From: Microthyrium microscopicum
Taxonomy: Eukaryota
DNA length: 64,000 nucleotides
Assembly: GCA_010405405.1 (NCBI GenBank)
Contig: MU004236.1
Span: 2,176,070-2,240,069, forward strand
Reading direction: 5' to 3'
The notes beneath the pieces were generated by a model, which was given only the letters and a program-made list of their open reading frames with translations, was not told the origin of the DNA and searched no databases. Each line of letters begins with the position of its first letter. Positions within the stretch are counted from its first letter, which is position 1. Below, in pieces: positions 51,801-62,336 of this stretch. The translations under genes and the position numbers were made by a program.

Positions 51801-54584
51801 GAATTATCTCTATATATAATAATAATAAGGCTATAATAATATTAGAAAGTTTTTATATAGCCTAGTTTAAATAAAAATTATAGTAGAAAATTATAGTAGT
51901 TAGCTTTAGTTTTTAGGCTTTATCTTCCTCCTAATTACTAACTTGCTAGTATTTAGTTTAGATAGTATTTAAATAATATACTAGTTTTTAACTAACTTTC
52001 TCTTATATTATAAAATATAAGCTCCTCTAATATATAGAATAATCTAATTACTATACCTTAAACTAGAGTATAACTACTACGTAAGTATAATAGATTATAT
52101 AGAACTATAGCCTTAGGAAAGTATTATTAGTAAAATAGGTAAAGGAAGAATAAGATTAGACTTAAAAGGTATACTAGAATTACTCTATTATAACTAGTAA
52201 GCCTATTTATAAGATAAAATCTCTAAATAAAGAGGTAATTAGTCGTTATTAATAAGCCTACTATAGATAGTAGTCTATAATAGACTATAATTAATAAAAA
52301 GTAGTAATATTATTTATATTCTATATATAGTATCTTTAAGTAGTAAGTAGTTATAGTATTTAGTATAACTAAAATACTAATTAATTAATAGTTAAAAACT
52401 ACTTATATTACTATAAATTAACTTAACATAATATAATATATTAATATAGAACGTATTAATATTAAAGACGTTAAGACTTTTTTTTAAAAGAAAAAAATTA
52501 ATATAAAAAATACCTTACTATTTTAATCTTCTTTAGAAAGCGTATTAGAGAAGGGTAATTAATAAAGTATAATAAGATATTTCTAATAATAAATACTAAA
52601 GTATAAATAGTTATAAAGATTATTATAATATTATTACCTTAAAAGAGTCCTAATATTAATTAAAATCTACTAAGATGCCTCTATAGTAATTTTACTAAGT
52701 ATTAATATAAATATACTACTTAATAAGCTTTATTATAGAAAGCTCTACTTACTTAAGTAATATATAGTATTAAATAATACTACTTAGTAATAGAAAGGCT
52801 TTATAGCTATCCTAGCTAGTTAATACTTATATATCTAAAAAACTAGACTAGGTTATAGAAATAAGTTAGACTAGTAATCTCTACTAGTTTTAACTACCTT
52901 AAAGCTAAGTAATTATTAAATAGTACTTTAAAAAGTAATTATAAGTTATTCTTTTTGTTTTACTAAAATAAATATATATAATAAGTAAAATAATATCTTA
53001 ATCTCTTAATAATATCTTAATTCCTTATATAATAAGTAAAATAATATCTTAATTCTTTATATAAGGTATCTCTCTATAAAGGGTAGATACTTTAATATAT
53101 TCTAATAAATTATCTATAGAGTATGCACTATAAATAAAATACTAAGTATTTTACTATAAGATATCTTATTATATATATTCTCTTAAGTAGTCCTTAGGAA
53201 GAAATAGTATAGTAAGCTTTATAATTAATTTTATATATATAGAAGTATACTATACTAAAGAGTATAAAATTAAGAATAAAAAGAGCCTTTTAGCTAAAAA
53301 GACTTACTCTATAGTAGTAAGATATTATTCCTAAAGTAATACTTACTACTAGATTATTATAGTAAGACTACGTAGGTATAAAACTACTATATAATATAAG
53401 CTTAATATTATTATAGATTCTATGTAATTTTTAATATTACGTATTAGAATTTACTAAGATTTTACTCCTTTTTTTTTATAAAAGAGCTAAAAATCTATTA
53501 TTTCTCTACTTACCTAGCTCTTAATATAGTTATAAAGAAACTTAGTAAGACTTAGGTATATATATTACTTACTATATAAACTAGCTTAGTACTACTTAAA
53601 TATAATAGCTAGATTAAAGTTATAGTCTCTTTTTTACTTAATACTAAAAAATCTTACTTTACTAAACCTTCTCTACTATAATTCTATTATTTAATTATAT
53701 TAGTTATACTTAATTTAATAAGGAAATATAAACTTATATATAATTTAGCTCTATAAGATTATTATATAGTAGTATTAACTATCCTAGCGCTAATCTTATA
53801 CTATTTCTTTACTTTTTTTACGTTCTTATAAATATAGTATTCTATAATAGTAGGCTAGTTCCTTAGATATTTAAGTATAGATATATTTTATAAGATAATT
53901 AGTATTTATAAAGAATACTTATGCTTTTAGCGTTAGTAGTTCTACTAATTAGTAAGCTAAATAGTATATATAATAGTTTAGTATATAAGCTAAGGAATAT
54001 AGGCTTGCTAAAATATAACTTTACCTTATATAATATAAATAGAGAAGTCTAAAATACTCTATATTAACGTCTTAAAGCTTACGTAATTATATTAAAAGCT
54101 AGAAATTACTTTTAAGGATATAAATTAGTAATAGAGGAGCATTAAAAGACGTTATAGCTAAAGAGATAGAAGTTTTTAGTAACTTAAACTTATTAAAAGT
54201 TAATAAAGTAGTTATAAGTAAAAAGGATAACGTACTAGAATAATATAATTTAGTAAGGAATTATGCCCTTTTTGCTATTAAGACATAATACTTAACCTAA
54301 AGGAATAATATATAAAGAAATAATCTAAGAACTTATAAAAGAGATAATATCCTAAAAGGGATATTATAGCTAAGGCTTACCTATAAGCTAATTTAGTAAG
54401 GAATTACTATTACTAAGCTTTACTAAACTTTATTATAGTTATAAATCTATAATCTTACTTTTATTCTTCTAAGGGAGAAGCCTTATAGTGCTAGCCCTAA
54501 TTAAAACCCTTACGTAGAGTTATTTTATTTATTAAAGCTATTTTAAGGAAGATATTATAAGTATAGTCTTCTTAAAGAATATTC

Positions 54585-54860
54585 TTTTACTAAATTTAGT
54601 AAGCTTCTCTATAAACTAATATCTTTACCTATAATATATCCTTATAACTATACTAAAATCTACCTATAGCTTATAGCCTTTAACTTATAAGAATATTTTC
54701 TAGAGGTGCTTCTTACTAAATTTAGTAAGCTTTTCTACGAACTAATATCTTTACTTATAATATACTTCTATAACTATACTAAAATTTACTTATAGTTTAT
54801 AGCCTTTAATCTATAAGAATATCTTCTAAAGGTACTTCTCCCTAAATTTAGTAAACTTTT
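54585..54860. repeat. Subterminal ~126-bp direct repeats inside the right end of the large element
   Basis: CTAAATTTAGTAA recurs at ~54590, ~54716 and ~54842 with alignable sequence between copies. A related AATTTAGTAAGG occurs at ~54248 and ~54390. Confidence 0.8.
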
Positions 54861-55274
54861 AACTAATATCTATATTAGTTATTACTAATTATCTTAATTT
54901 AGGTATTAAAAAATACGTAATTTTTAAACATCCCTTTTAGTATTTATCTAAAGCGCTAAAATAGGGAAATAGGTGCAGGAATATTGTATTTATAAAATGT
55001 AGATATTTGGACCTTTTGGTTTTGGTGAAGTGGCCAGGGTGGCCGTTATGAGCCGTCATAGGTTTGGAGAAGATTGAGGCTTTCTTCGACGCGTCTTCTC
55101 ATGAAGAAGATTTGCACTTCAGAAATAAATCATCAAAAAACATTTCAAAATTGAAGTGAGTAATAAGATCTAAAAACAATGACTGAATCGCGTTCAGGAA
55201 CCTAAGCAAGTTACGCCCAATCCAACAGACAATCCGACCATACACCTGATGATTACGATCGCGAGCAACCTCCA

Positions 55275-56509
55275 TCAAGGAGTACTTGCAGGCGTAACCA
55301 TTCCCTCACCGCCATCTAGTGAGCCAATCCATGGGATTTCATCGGGAGTGTATTTGTACGCGCGAAATATGGCATTCGCTGGGTAATCGAATCCCACCTT
55401 GCCCAAGTTCTCACCACCATCCTTGAACTCAGCATAGTTTGCAAAGTGTGGATTGACATATTCCCAAACAACATCGCCATTCTGGGTGACCTCGAAAACT
55501 CGGCCAAACATCGCTTCCGTGATGAGTGTATTACCGTTGCGAAGGCGTTGAGCACCGCCCATGAATGCAGAGAAGAACGACATGGGCATGGACTTGTCGA
55601 CATAGCTCCAGACCACCTCCCCTGTCGAACGCGATACCTCAATGACACGAGAGAATGTAGCGGAGGAGTTCTTGCGGTGCGTACCATTGTCGAAGATAAG
55701 TATGTTGCCATTATCGAGTTCCGAGGCACAGTGCTGTTGCGCGACAATGTTATCATCGATATGCAAAAGGATGTCGCCTGTTTCTCTTGAGATGACAACT
55801 ACTGCGGACACACTGCGAAGGGATGCGAGGATGTTACCGTCCTTCAGAACGGTAACGCTGTTTATGAGCGGCCAGTGTTCTCGGTCGAAGTGTGGGTTGA
55901 GCTTGAACTTTTGAGGGTCTAGGTGGTCAATTGCTCGCCAGTACCAGAGCAGTTCGCCCGTTGATGGGTCAACGTGCTTGATGCAGTCACCGTAGACAAT
56001 GTTGTTTGGAGCCTCGCTTCCTGGTATGCCACCTGATATGGTGGCTGCTGCAGCAGAGGTCAGGGGCTCCACGGTGGTATAGATGAGTTCGCCGTTATCC
56101 AAGTGGTGTTGGTCGTGATGAGCATAAGGATCGCGGTATTCGGAGAGTATTTTGCCAGCAGGAGAGACTTTTATCATAACTCCACCTCGATACTAGGAAG
56201 TAACTATATCAGCCTTGATCGGAATCAATTCGCCATGTCGAGTAAACGTACCTTTTGCCACATCGTGAATAGATCAGGCCCCTCGGGATGAACCCCATTG
56301 TAAGCCAAACTCCCATCTGGTAAGATGCGTGCATGTCGGCCTGGGCGCAAAGGAAGATTCCACGAGTGAACTTCATTTCCATTGTTGTCGACAACGCGAA
56401 CTGTGCCCGTGGAAGTAAGATGGGCGTATACAACATAGCCTGGAGAGACTTTATTGTGATCCACTCCTTTCAGTCCAACGCCACGACGGATAAGTGCGTT
56501 TTGCTCCAT
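55275..56509 (-). CDS. Arylsulfotransferase (ASST-like beta-propeller), no signal peptide; 2 exons
   Basis: MEQNALIRRGVGL...GTVRVVDNNGNEVHSWNLPLRPGRHARILPDG, intron 56193..56251, then AHHDQHHL...HWPLINSV...ILASLR...QQHCASELDNGNILIFDNG...FSAFMGGAQRLRNGNTLITEAMFGRVFEVTQNGDVVWEYVNP...FRAYKY. Confidence 0.85.
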
Positions 56510-57056
56510 GCTTGTTTCGGAATTAAGAGGTGGTAGTGAAATAGTACTGGAAGCTGGATGTATGTAGACGATGAGTGATTATGGAGAAAAATATTGTTAT
56601 GAAAACAATGCGTTCCTTTCTTTTTTATATTCAGCGACATTGCAATTGTCGGCAGAGTCCTATCTGGATCGTCGTTGATGATAAAACTCCCACATTTTCA
56701 ACCACAGCATTCTCAGCCTTGTCCGCAGGCATACCAGTGGGAGGCCGGCGGTTTGCCAATGGTTCCCACGCGGGCTTGCATCCGCCGGTATGCCGCGGCG
56801 TTTTTCTCATCTTCAACTGGATGATAAGACACCAAATCGTTATCACGACATGTCTAGACATGATTTGCGAATTCGAGGCGAGAATGGTCCAAGATAAGGA
56901 TTCACAAATTGATGTCTATAAAGACAATATCCAAGATGCCTTTAAAACAACTCATCTTAGAAAGCACGCGAGGAGTTGATCATCAATCAGATCATATTCA
57001 AAAGCGTTGAGCTGTTATTGATATCTTTTTCTAAATCTGCCATTTCAAATCCACCA
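56510..57056. promoter_or_regulatory. Divergent promoter shared by the ASST and NCS1 genes, with CGG inverted repeats and GATA sites
   Basis: CCGGCGG at 56745 and its reverse complement CCGCCGG at 56782. HGATAR sites at 56679, 56822, 56840 (minus) and 56892. Confidence 0.55.
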
Positions 57057-58675
57057 ATGGAGAAAAACGACAAGTCAATGACTGACCTTGAGGCAGCACA
57101 ATATGACAACTCTGATGTTGACTCTGGCGAGATCAAACATGAGCCGGGCCTTGGAGGATGGTTGAGAAGGGTTCTCTTGACCGTAGAAACCAAGGGAATC
57201 GAGCGAGTCACTGATGAAGATCGCAAAGAGAACACGACAAAAGTTTGGCATGCTTGCACTTTCTGGTAAGTTGTCCTCAACCCAGTCCATCAGTACACAT
57301 CACTTATTATTCATAAAGGCTCTCGGCGAACATGGCAGTTGCAACGTTGAATGTAGGCACAGTCGGCGGTTCAATAGGCTTGAGCTTATGGGACTGCTTT
57401 GCTATCATTCTTGTTGTGAACCTTTTCAGTTGCCTGATTCCAGCTTGGACCGCTGGGTTCGGCCTCTCTGGTCTACGCATGACAACTTTCTCGTAAGTTC
57501 GAAGACTCCAACGCCCTGGTCCTTCCCCAAGACTAACTTAACTCAGGCGCTACTCTTTCGGCTACTGGGGTAACCTGCTTGTAGTCGTATTCTCCATGAT
57601 TTCAACAACAGGTTGGAACGCTATCAACTCAATTTCTGGCGCATCCGTCCTCAACGCCTTATCAAATGGAGCATGTCCAACATGGGCTGGTGTCATCATC
57701 ATCTGCACTTTAGTTTGGATTGTATGCGCTCTGGGAATCAACTGGATCCAAAAGTTCGACGCCTACTTGTGGATACCACCACTTGCGTGCTGGATTTTCG
57801 CTGCAGCCGGAGGCGCCCCTGAATTCAGCGGCAATGCCGTCAAGTCACCTACTGGAAGCAGCGGTGCTGCTGCAGCTCTCACCTTCATGGCCGTCATCTT
57901 CAGCTTCGCCGTATCGTGGGTCAACTGTGCCAGCGACTACAATGTACGCATGCCACTTCAAACGCCACGATGGAAGATCTTCGTCGCAACATATGTCGGA
58001 ATATGTGTGCCAACAGTCCTCGTCCAAACCCTCGGCGCTGCTATCTATTCTGGAGCGCAGCATAACCACGCCTGGAAGGCTGCGTTCGTGGAATACGGAG
58101 TTGGCGGCCCGCTTGCTCTCTCAGTTGCAAGATTTGGGGGCTTTGGCAAATTGTTGCTTGCCTTTTCAGCATTGAGCGCAGTGCCAAATAACATCCCTAA
58201 CAACTACTCTTTTGCCATGCATGCACAAAACTTTGGTCCATGGGCGATCAGAATTCCTCGAATTGCTCTCGTCACTTTTGGCTATGTCGTTGCTGTTATA
58301 GTTGGATGCCTTGCTACCAAGTTCTTTTCCGATACCTTGCAGACATTCCTCTCCATCATCGGCTACTGGACGATCGTTCATATTGTTGTGGTTGCAGAGG
58401 AGCACATCATCTTCAGAGGAAGCAATTGGAAACGATATGATTGGGAAGCGTGGTACAATCCAGACCTGCTGCCATTCGGATGGGCAGCAATTGGAGCTTT
58501 CATCTTTGGTTTTGTTGGCGCTGTGCTGGGGATGAAAGTGTCCTGGTTTGTTGGACCAGTGGCACATCTCATTGGCAAGAAGGGAGCAAATATTGGTCAT
58601 GAATTGACCTTTGCTTTCTCAAGTATTGCCTTCCCAGCTCTTCGTTATCTAGAGAAGAAGTATACGGGGAAATAA
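57057..58675 (+). CDS. NCS1-family permease (purine-cytosine/Fcy2-Tpn1-like); 3 exons
   Basis: VETKGIERVTDEDR...FWLSANM...FGLSGLRMTTFSRYSFGYWG...GWNAINSISGA...SWVNCASDYNVRMP...NNIPNNYSFAMHAQ...TFLSIIGYW...EEHIIFR...LRYLEKKYTGK, with multiple TM helices. Confidence 0.9.
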
Positions 58676-58757
58676 ATCGATAGTTACTTCGGGTCTGCTT
58701 ACTCCAGGAGTTCGTGGTCAATTGCGGCGTTTGTTTCGAGTGTAGATATCCCAGAGT

Positions 58758-60874
58758 TCACTGATAAAATGGCTCCCAATTAGGAATAAAGTCCCAAGTT
58801 AATCCTGCTTCTGTTTCTGCTCCAATCATCTCTGGAAAGAACTGAGTGAGTTCGCTTGTGCTCCACGGAGTTGGCCAATCTGTCGGCGGCGAAGTGAGTT
58901 GTGCATCTGGTCGAAGCTTTTTATGGAATGCAGCGATGACGGTCCCAAGAGTACACCCGATTTTAGAAAGTCGTTGCGTTTTTGACACCCCCCAATATGT
59001 TAGTTTTCTAACAGAACCACCAATCACACGTAAAGTAGCCTACATTTTCAAAGGTAGAAGCTTTAAGTAGGTACCAAACTTCAAAACGAAAGTTATGATT
59101 GGTTGGATTTTGCAAAATTTAGCATGGAAACATAAGGAGGGGTGTCAACTCGCGCAACCACTTTCTAGAAACGGGTGTATGTCCCACATGGCAAGGTAAC
59201 CCAACGGCGTAGAGCCAGGAGATTAAATCGAGTATAAGGCCGTCTAACTCGGCCACGTTGTGACTTGTTGCAATTTGATTGTCGTAAAGATTGAGGAGGC
59301 GACACAGAGTGACTGCTGCAAAAGTGATCATATGATAGATATGGTCACTCAAGTGCCTCGTTCTCTCATCCATAGTGTTGATTGCAAGCTTGATAATGGA
59401 AAGGGATAAGTTGGCCATTTCTACAAGAATGGGAGTCTTCACTCTAGTCGTTTTCGATTGCAAAGCTCTTTCGTACAATAAAAGGCGCGCGAAGTTAAAG
59501 CCCATTTCTAGAAACTGAGATCTTGGCTGTTCTAGAAAGCGTTAGATAATAAATACTTGCTCAATGATTAGATATAGGATGAAGTGAAGATGATTTCTTA
59601 CCCATCAAAATCTTCCACTCCTGCATCCATGTGTCCAGAATAGTCTGCACTGTCTGCAGATCAACATTTGTAGCCACTGAGCTTTCATAAATGCACCAGT
59701 AAAGATTGATCTCGGCCACCATTCTACTCTGGAAATTGGTAGCACTATCAAACTCTAGAATCTTCCGACAGCGTTCGATTCTTACAGGTCCAATCATTGC
59801 TCTTCTCCTCGTTCCTACGCAGTAGCTTTTGTTGTCAGTAGAGGTTTCTGAACTTCGAATGAAAATGCTGTCTTACTGTAGATGAACTAAGCAAAGGTGG
59901 TTCCATACGGACCATCTAACGTGTAGCTGATGGGTTCCTGTAATATGTGTCTGTTTTCCAAGGACAACGTCGAAGATGCTAGAGGTGAGGCAGTGCTGTA
60001 GAGCAAACCCTGACAACAGCCAACTATCAATGCTCAAAGGGGTTTGTCCTACGGTTGTTGACCACATACACAATATCAACGCTGCCTGAAAAAATTCCAG
60101 AGACTGTGGAGTCGTGAGCAACGCAATTGATAGCTTTGTCTTTGCCCGATCAAATAATATGGGAGCCAACCTAGCCGCTAAATCTTGAGTAGTGTGACGA
60201 ATAGCAATCAGACAACAAGCACAAAGTAACAGATCCGACTTTCGGATCAAGCTCAACCTCGACTCGGCAGTAATGTTATCGTCAAACCCTACCCATCGCC
60301 CATAATGCTCCTGGAAAATGACAATCAGACTAACAGTATCTTGATAAGACAGCACGCCGTCATTAACCATATCAGGAGCAGAGGTCATCGTAGTCTCGTT
60401 AACAGGAGAAGTATCCATAGCCAAGTCTCTGATGATCAACATGGGTGCCGGAGGGGCTTCATTTCTAGTTCGTGACGACGATGCCTGAGATGGAGCAGGG
60501 TTTGGACTTCGTGATGCTCGTTGATTTTCAGATGGGAAATGCTCATCAAGTCGGCTACCTAGCCTATGAACTGTCTGCTCTAATCGACGCAGTCTACATC
60601 TGTTAGCATGACGATATTTTAACTGAAGAACGATAACAAGTGATTCATACCGAGTATCGACATCGCCATTATCAATCTGATTTGCTTGGTTGCTGCTATG
60701 CGTTTCTCCAAGATCCTCACTACTCTCGCCGCGACCTGCGAGAGAACAGACGAGGTTGAGCGTCTGACATCGCAGACAATAGGCTCTTGAGGTTGTGCCT
60801 GGATAACAACGCGTTTTTTGCTTACGGCAAGTGGCACATGCCTTCGATGCACGACCACCACGGTCCGGAGGCAT
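58758..60874 (-). CDS. Zn(II)2Cys6 transcription factor, interrupted in its last exon by a MITE (probably C-terminally truncated)
   Basis: KACATCRKQKTRCYPGTTSRAYCLRCQTLNLVC binuclear cluster and a fungal TF middle region across several exons. Removing the MITE restores ...GLPCHVGHT|LGTVIAAFHKKLRP...WDFIPNWEPFYQ*. Confidence 0.88.
58954..59177. mobile_element. 224-bp MITE with TA target duplication (Tc1/mariner/pogo type)
   Basis: Left CACCCGATTTTAGAAAGTCGTTGCG..TTGACACCCC versus right (reverse complement) CACCCGTTTCTAGAAAGTGGTTGCG..TTGACACCCC. TA at 58952-53 and 59178-79. Confidence 0.92.
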
Positions 60875-61549
60875 CGGAACTGGTGGTGAGCGGAAGAAGC
60901 ATCGACATGGAGGTGGCTTTAAGTGGTAGCTTGATCAGATAGCATCGATTTTTGCCAAGACTTTCGACGTACAACGGTATTTCGATTATTCATTTAAATC
61001 ACAATTCAAGAAATTGAGATTGGTTCTACAATCAAATAATATTATAGATCGAAAAACGGAGCTTGAATTGCCCTTTGTGAATGTCGTTAAACTTCTGCCG
61101 CTTTGTACGCAACATTTACCTTATTCTGAAGGCGCAGAGATGGTCCCGCAGTCTCGGACAGAAAGCTGATCGCTTCTTTCATCTAGGATAATGGAGACCA
61201 TTCAGAAGAATACAGCTTCGCCTACACATAAAGGTAATGTGCATCGACTCCCACACAAGTTGACTCAATAGCGATACGCTTGGCATTGAGATGGTACTCT
61301 ATGGTAGTCGTTGCTTGGATTGGTGTGAATGCCGCAATCATTCGTGCGATGTGCTCATCAAAGAGACTGGAACGTCGATAATCGGCTTCCTGGTTTCCGA
61401 ATATGAGGTTTTGGAGTCAAAGCCGACAGATTTGCTGGCAATAGAAATATCCAGAGAATTTCAGACAATGCGCTTGCGGTAAGAGCGCAACAGATGCTGG
61501 TCAAGACTTCATGCCGCTAAACATGTCTCATGTCTGACATTCAGTGGCC

Positions 61550-62036
61550 TCACGATCCAGTCTTAACAGTGCCGCCGGTATGTTCCACCACGCGTTCCAC
61601 GTCCTCACGCAGAGCGGGGATCGCACCCGTCATCTCTCGAGCTAGAATGTCACGAAACGTGCCAAACGCAGCCATTTTGCCACGAAGCCGCTGGTTATGA
61701 AGCATAGACAGCTCGATAAACTCGCGCATGTAGATGTCAGGGTTTCGACCCTGTTCGATATACTGGACGACGTCTGGAGGAATTTGTACGGTGGATGTTT
61801 TGGAGAGGCGCAAGAGTTGGTTTATCGACGCGACGAGCTTGGAGCTTGATGAATTAGCAGGTTGAATTAGTAGGCCAGATGGCATGAATAATGCGGGATT
61901 ACATTTGGTCTTTTAACGCGACCTCTGTGGGAGCGCCTTTGTGATCGTAGACTTGGATGATGATATTGTACAGAGATTCTACGACGGCGCGCAGTTCGCT
62001 GTCGATGGCGGCATGGGTGCGGTTTTCTGGCGCCAT
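61550..62036 (-). CDS. MED10: Mediator complex subunit 10 (Nut2); 2 exons
   Basis: MAPENRTH...LRAVVESLYNIIIQVYDH, intron ~61845..61902, then VQIPPDVVQYIEQGRNPDIYMREFIEL...NQRLRGKMAAFGTFRDILAREM. Confidence 0.93.
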
Positions 62037-62336
62037 GGTGGCGAGATGATGAAGGTTGTCAGAAACTTGTGGGAACAACTTCGCTGAGATTGGTGGTGAG
62101 AACCATAAACAGACTCGGCTTGCGGGTGGGATAGAAAAAGGTGAAGGTGATGTTGAGGTCAACAAACATTCCAACACACATGCACATGCATGTGCACATC
62201 AAGATGCACATGCAGTGAAATTGGAGTCATGGTGCCTCAGGCTCCTCATTCACCAGAATCTTGCTGCCTCAGCCTTATCATTCATATCCATTGTACCAGA
62301 CCTGTTAGTGACGGCTAGTGATGCTGCTCTGGATTA

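Larger units (their letters stand above)
43666..55060 (+). mobile_element. Large (11,395 bp) TIR DNA transposon with IS3EU-type integrase, heavily RIP-degenerated
   Basis: Imperfect ~180-bp TIRs beginning TATGACGGCTCATAACGGCCACCCT (43666) and ending ...AGGGTGGCCGTTATGAGCCGTCATA (55060). GGTTT is duplicated at 43661-65 and 55061-65. Interior is extremely AT/TpA-rich with no ORFs. Confidence 0.92.

Noticed and set aside
52160..52280. Possible RecQ/DEAH helicase motifs (TPE..., VVIDEAHC) in the RIPed cargo region
   Set aside because: It needs a frameshift and the spacing is wrong, and no convincing Walker A motif was found. De-RIPing by eye easily creates such matches.
60594..60650. Stop-free, in-frame 57-nt segment in the Zn2Cys6 gene treated as coding by the ORF track
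   Set aside because: It has GTATGA donor, GCTAAC branch and TAG acceptor, so it is most likely an ordinary intron; there is no evidence for regulated retention.
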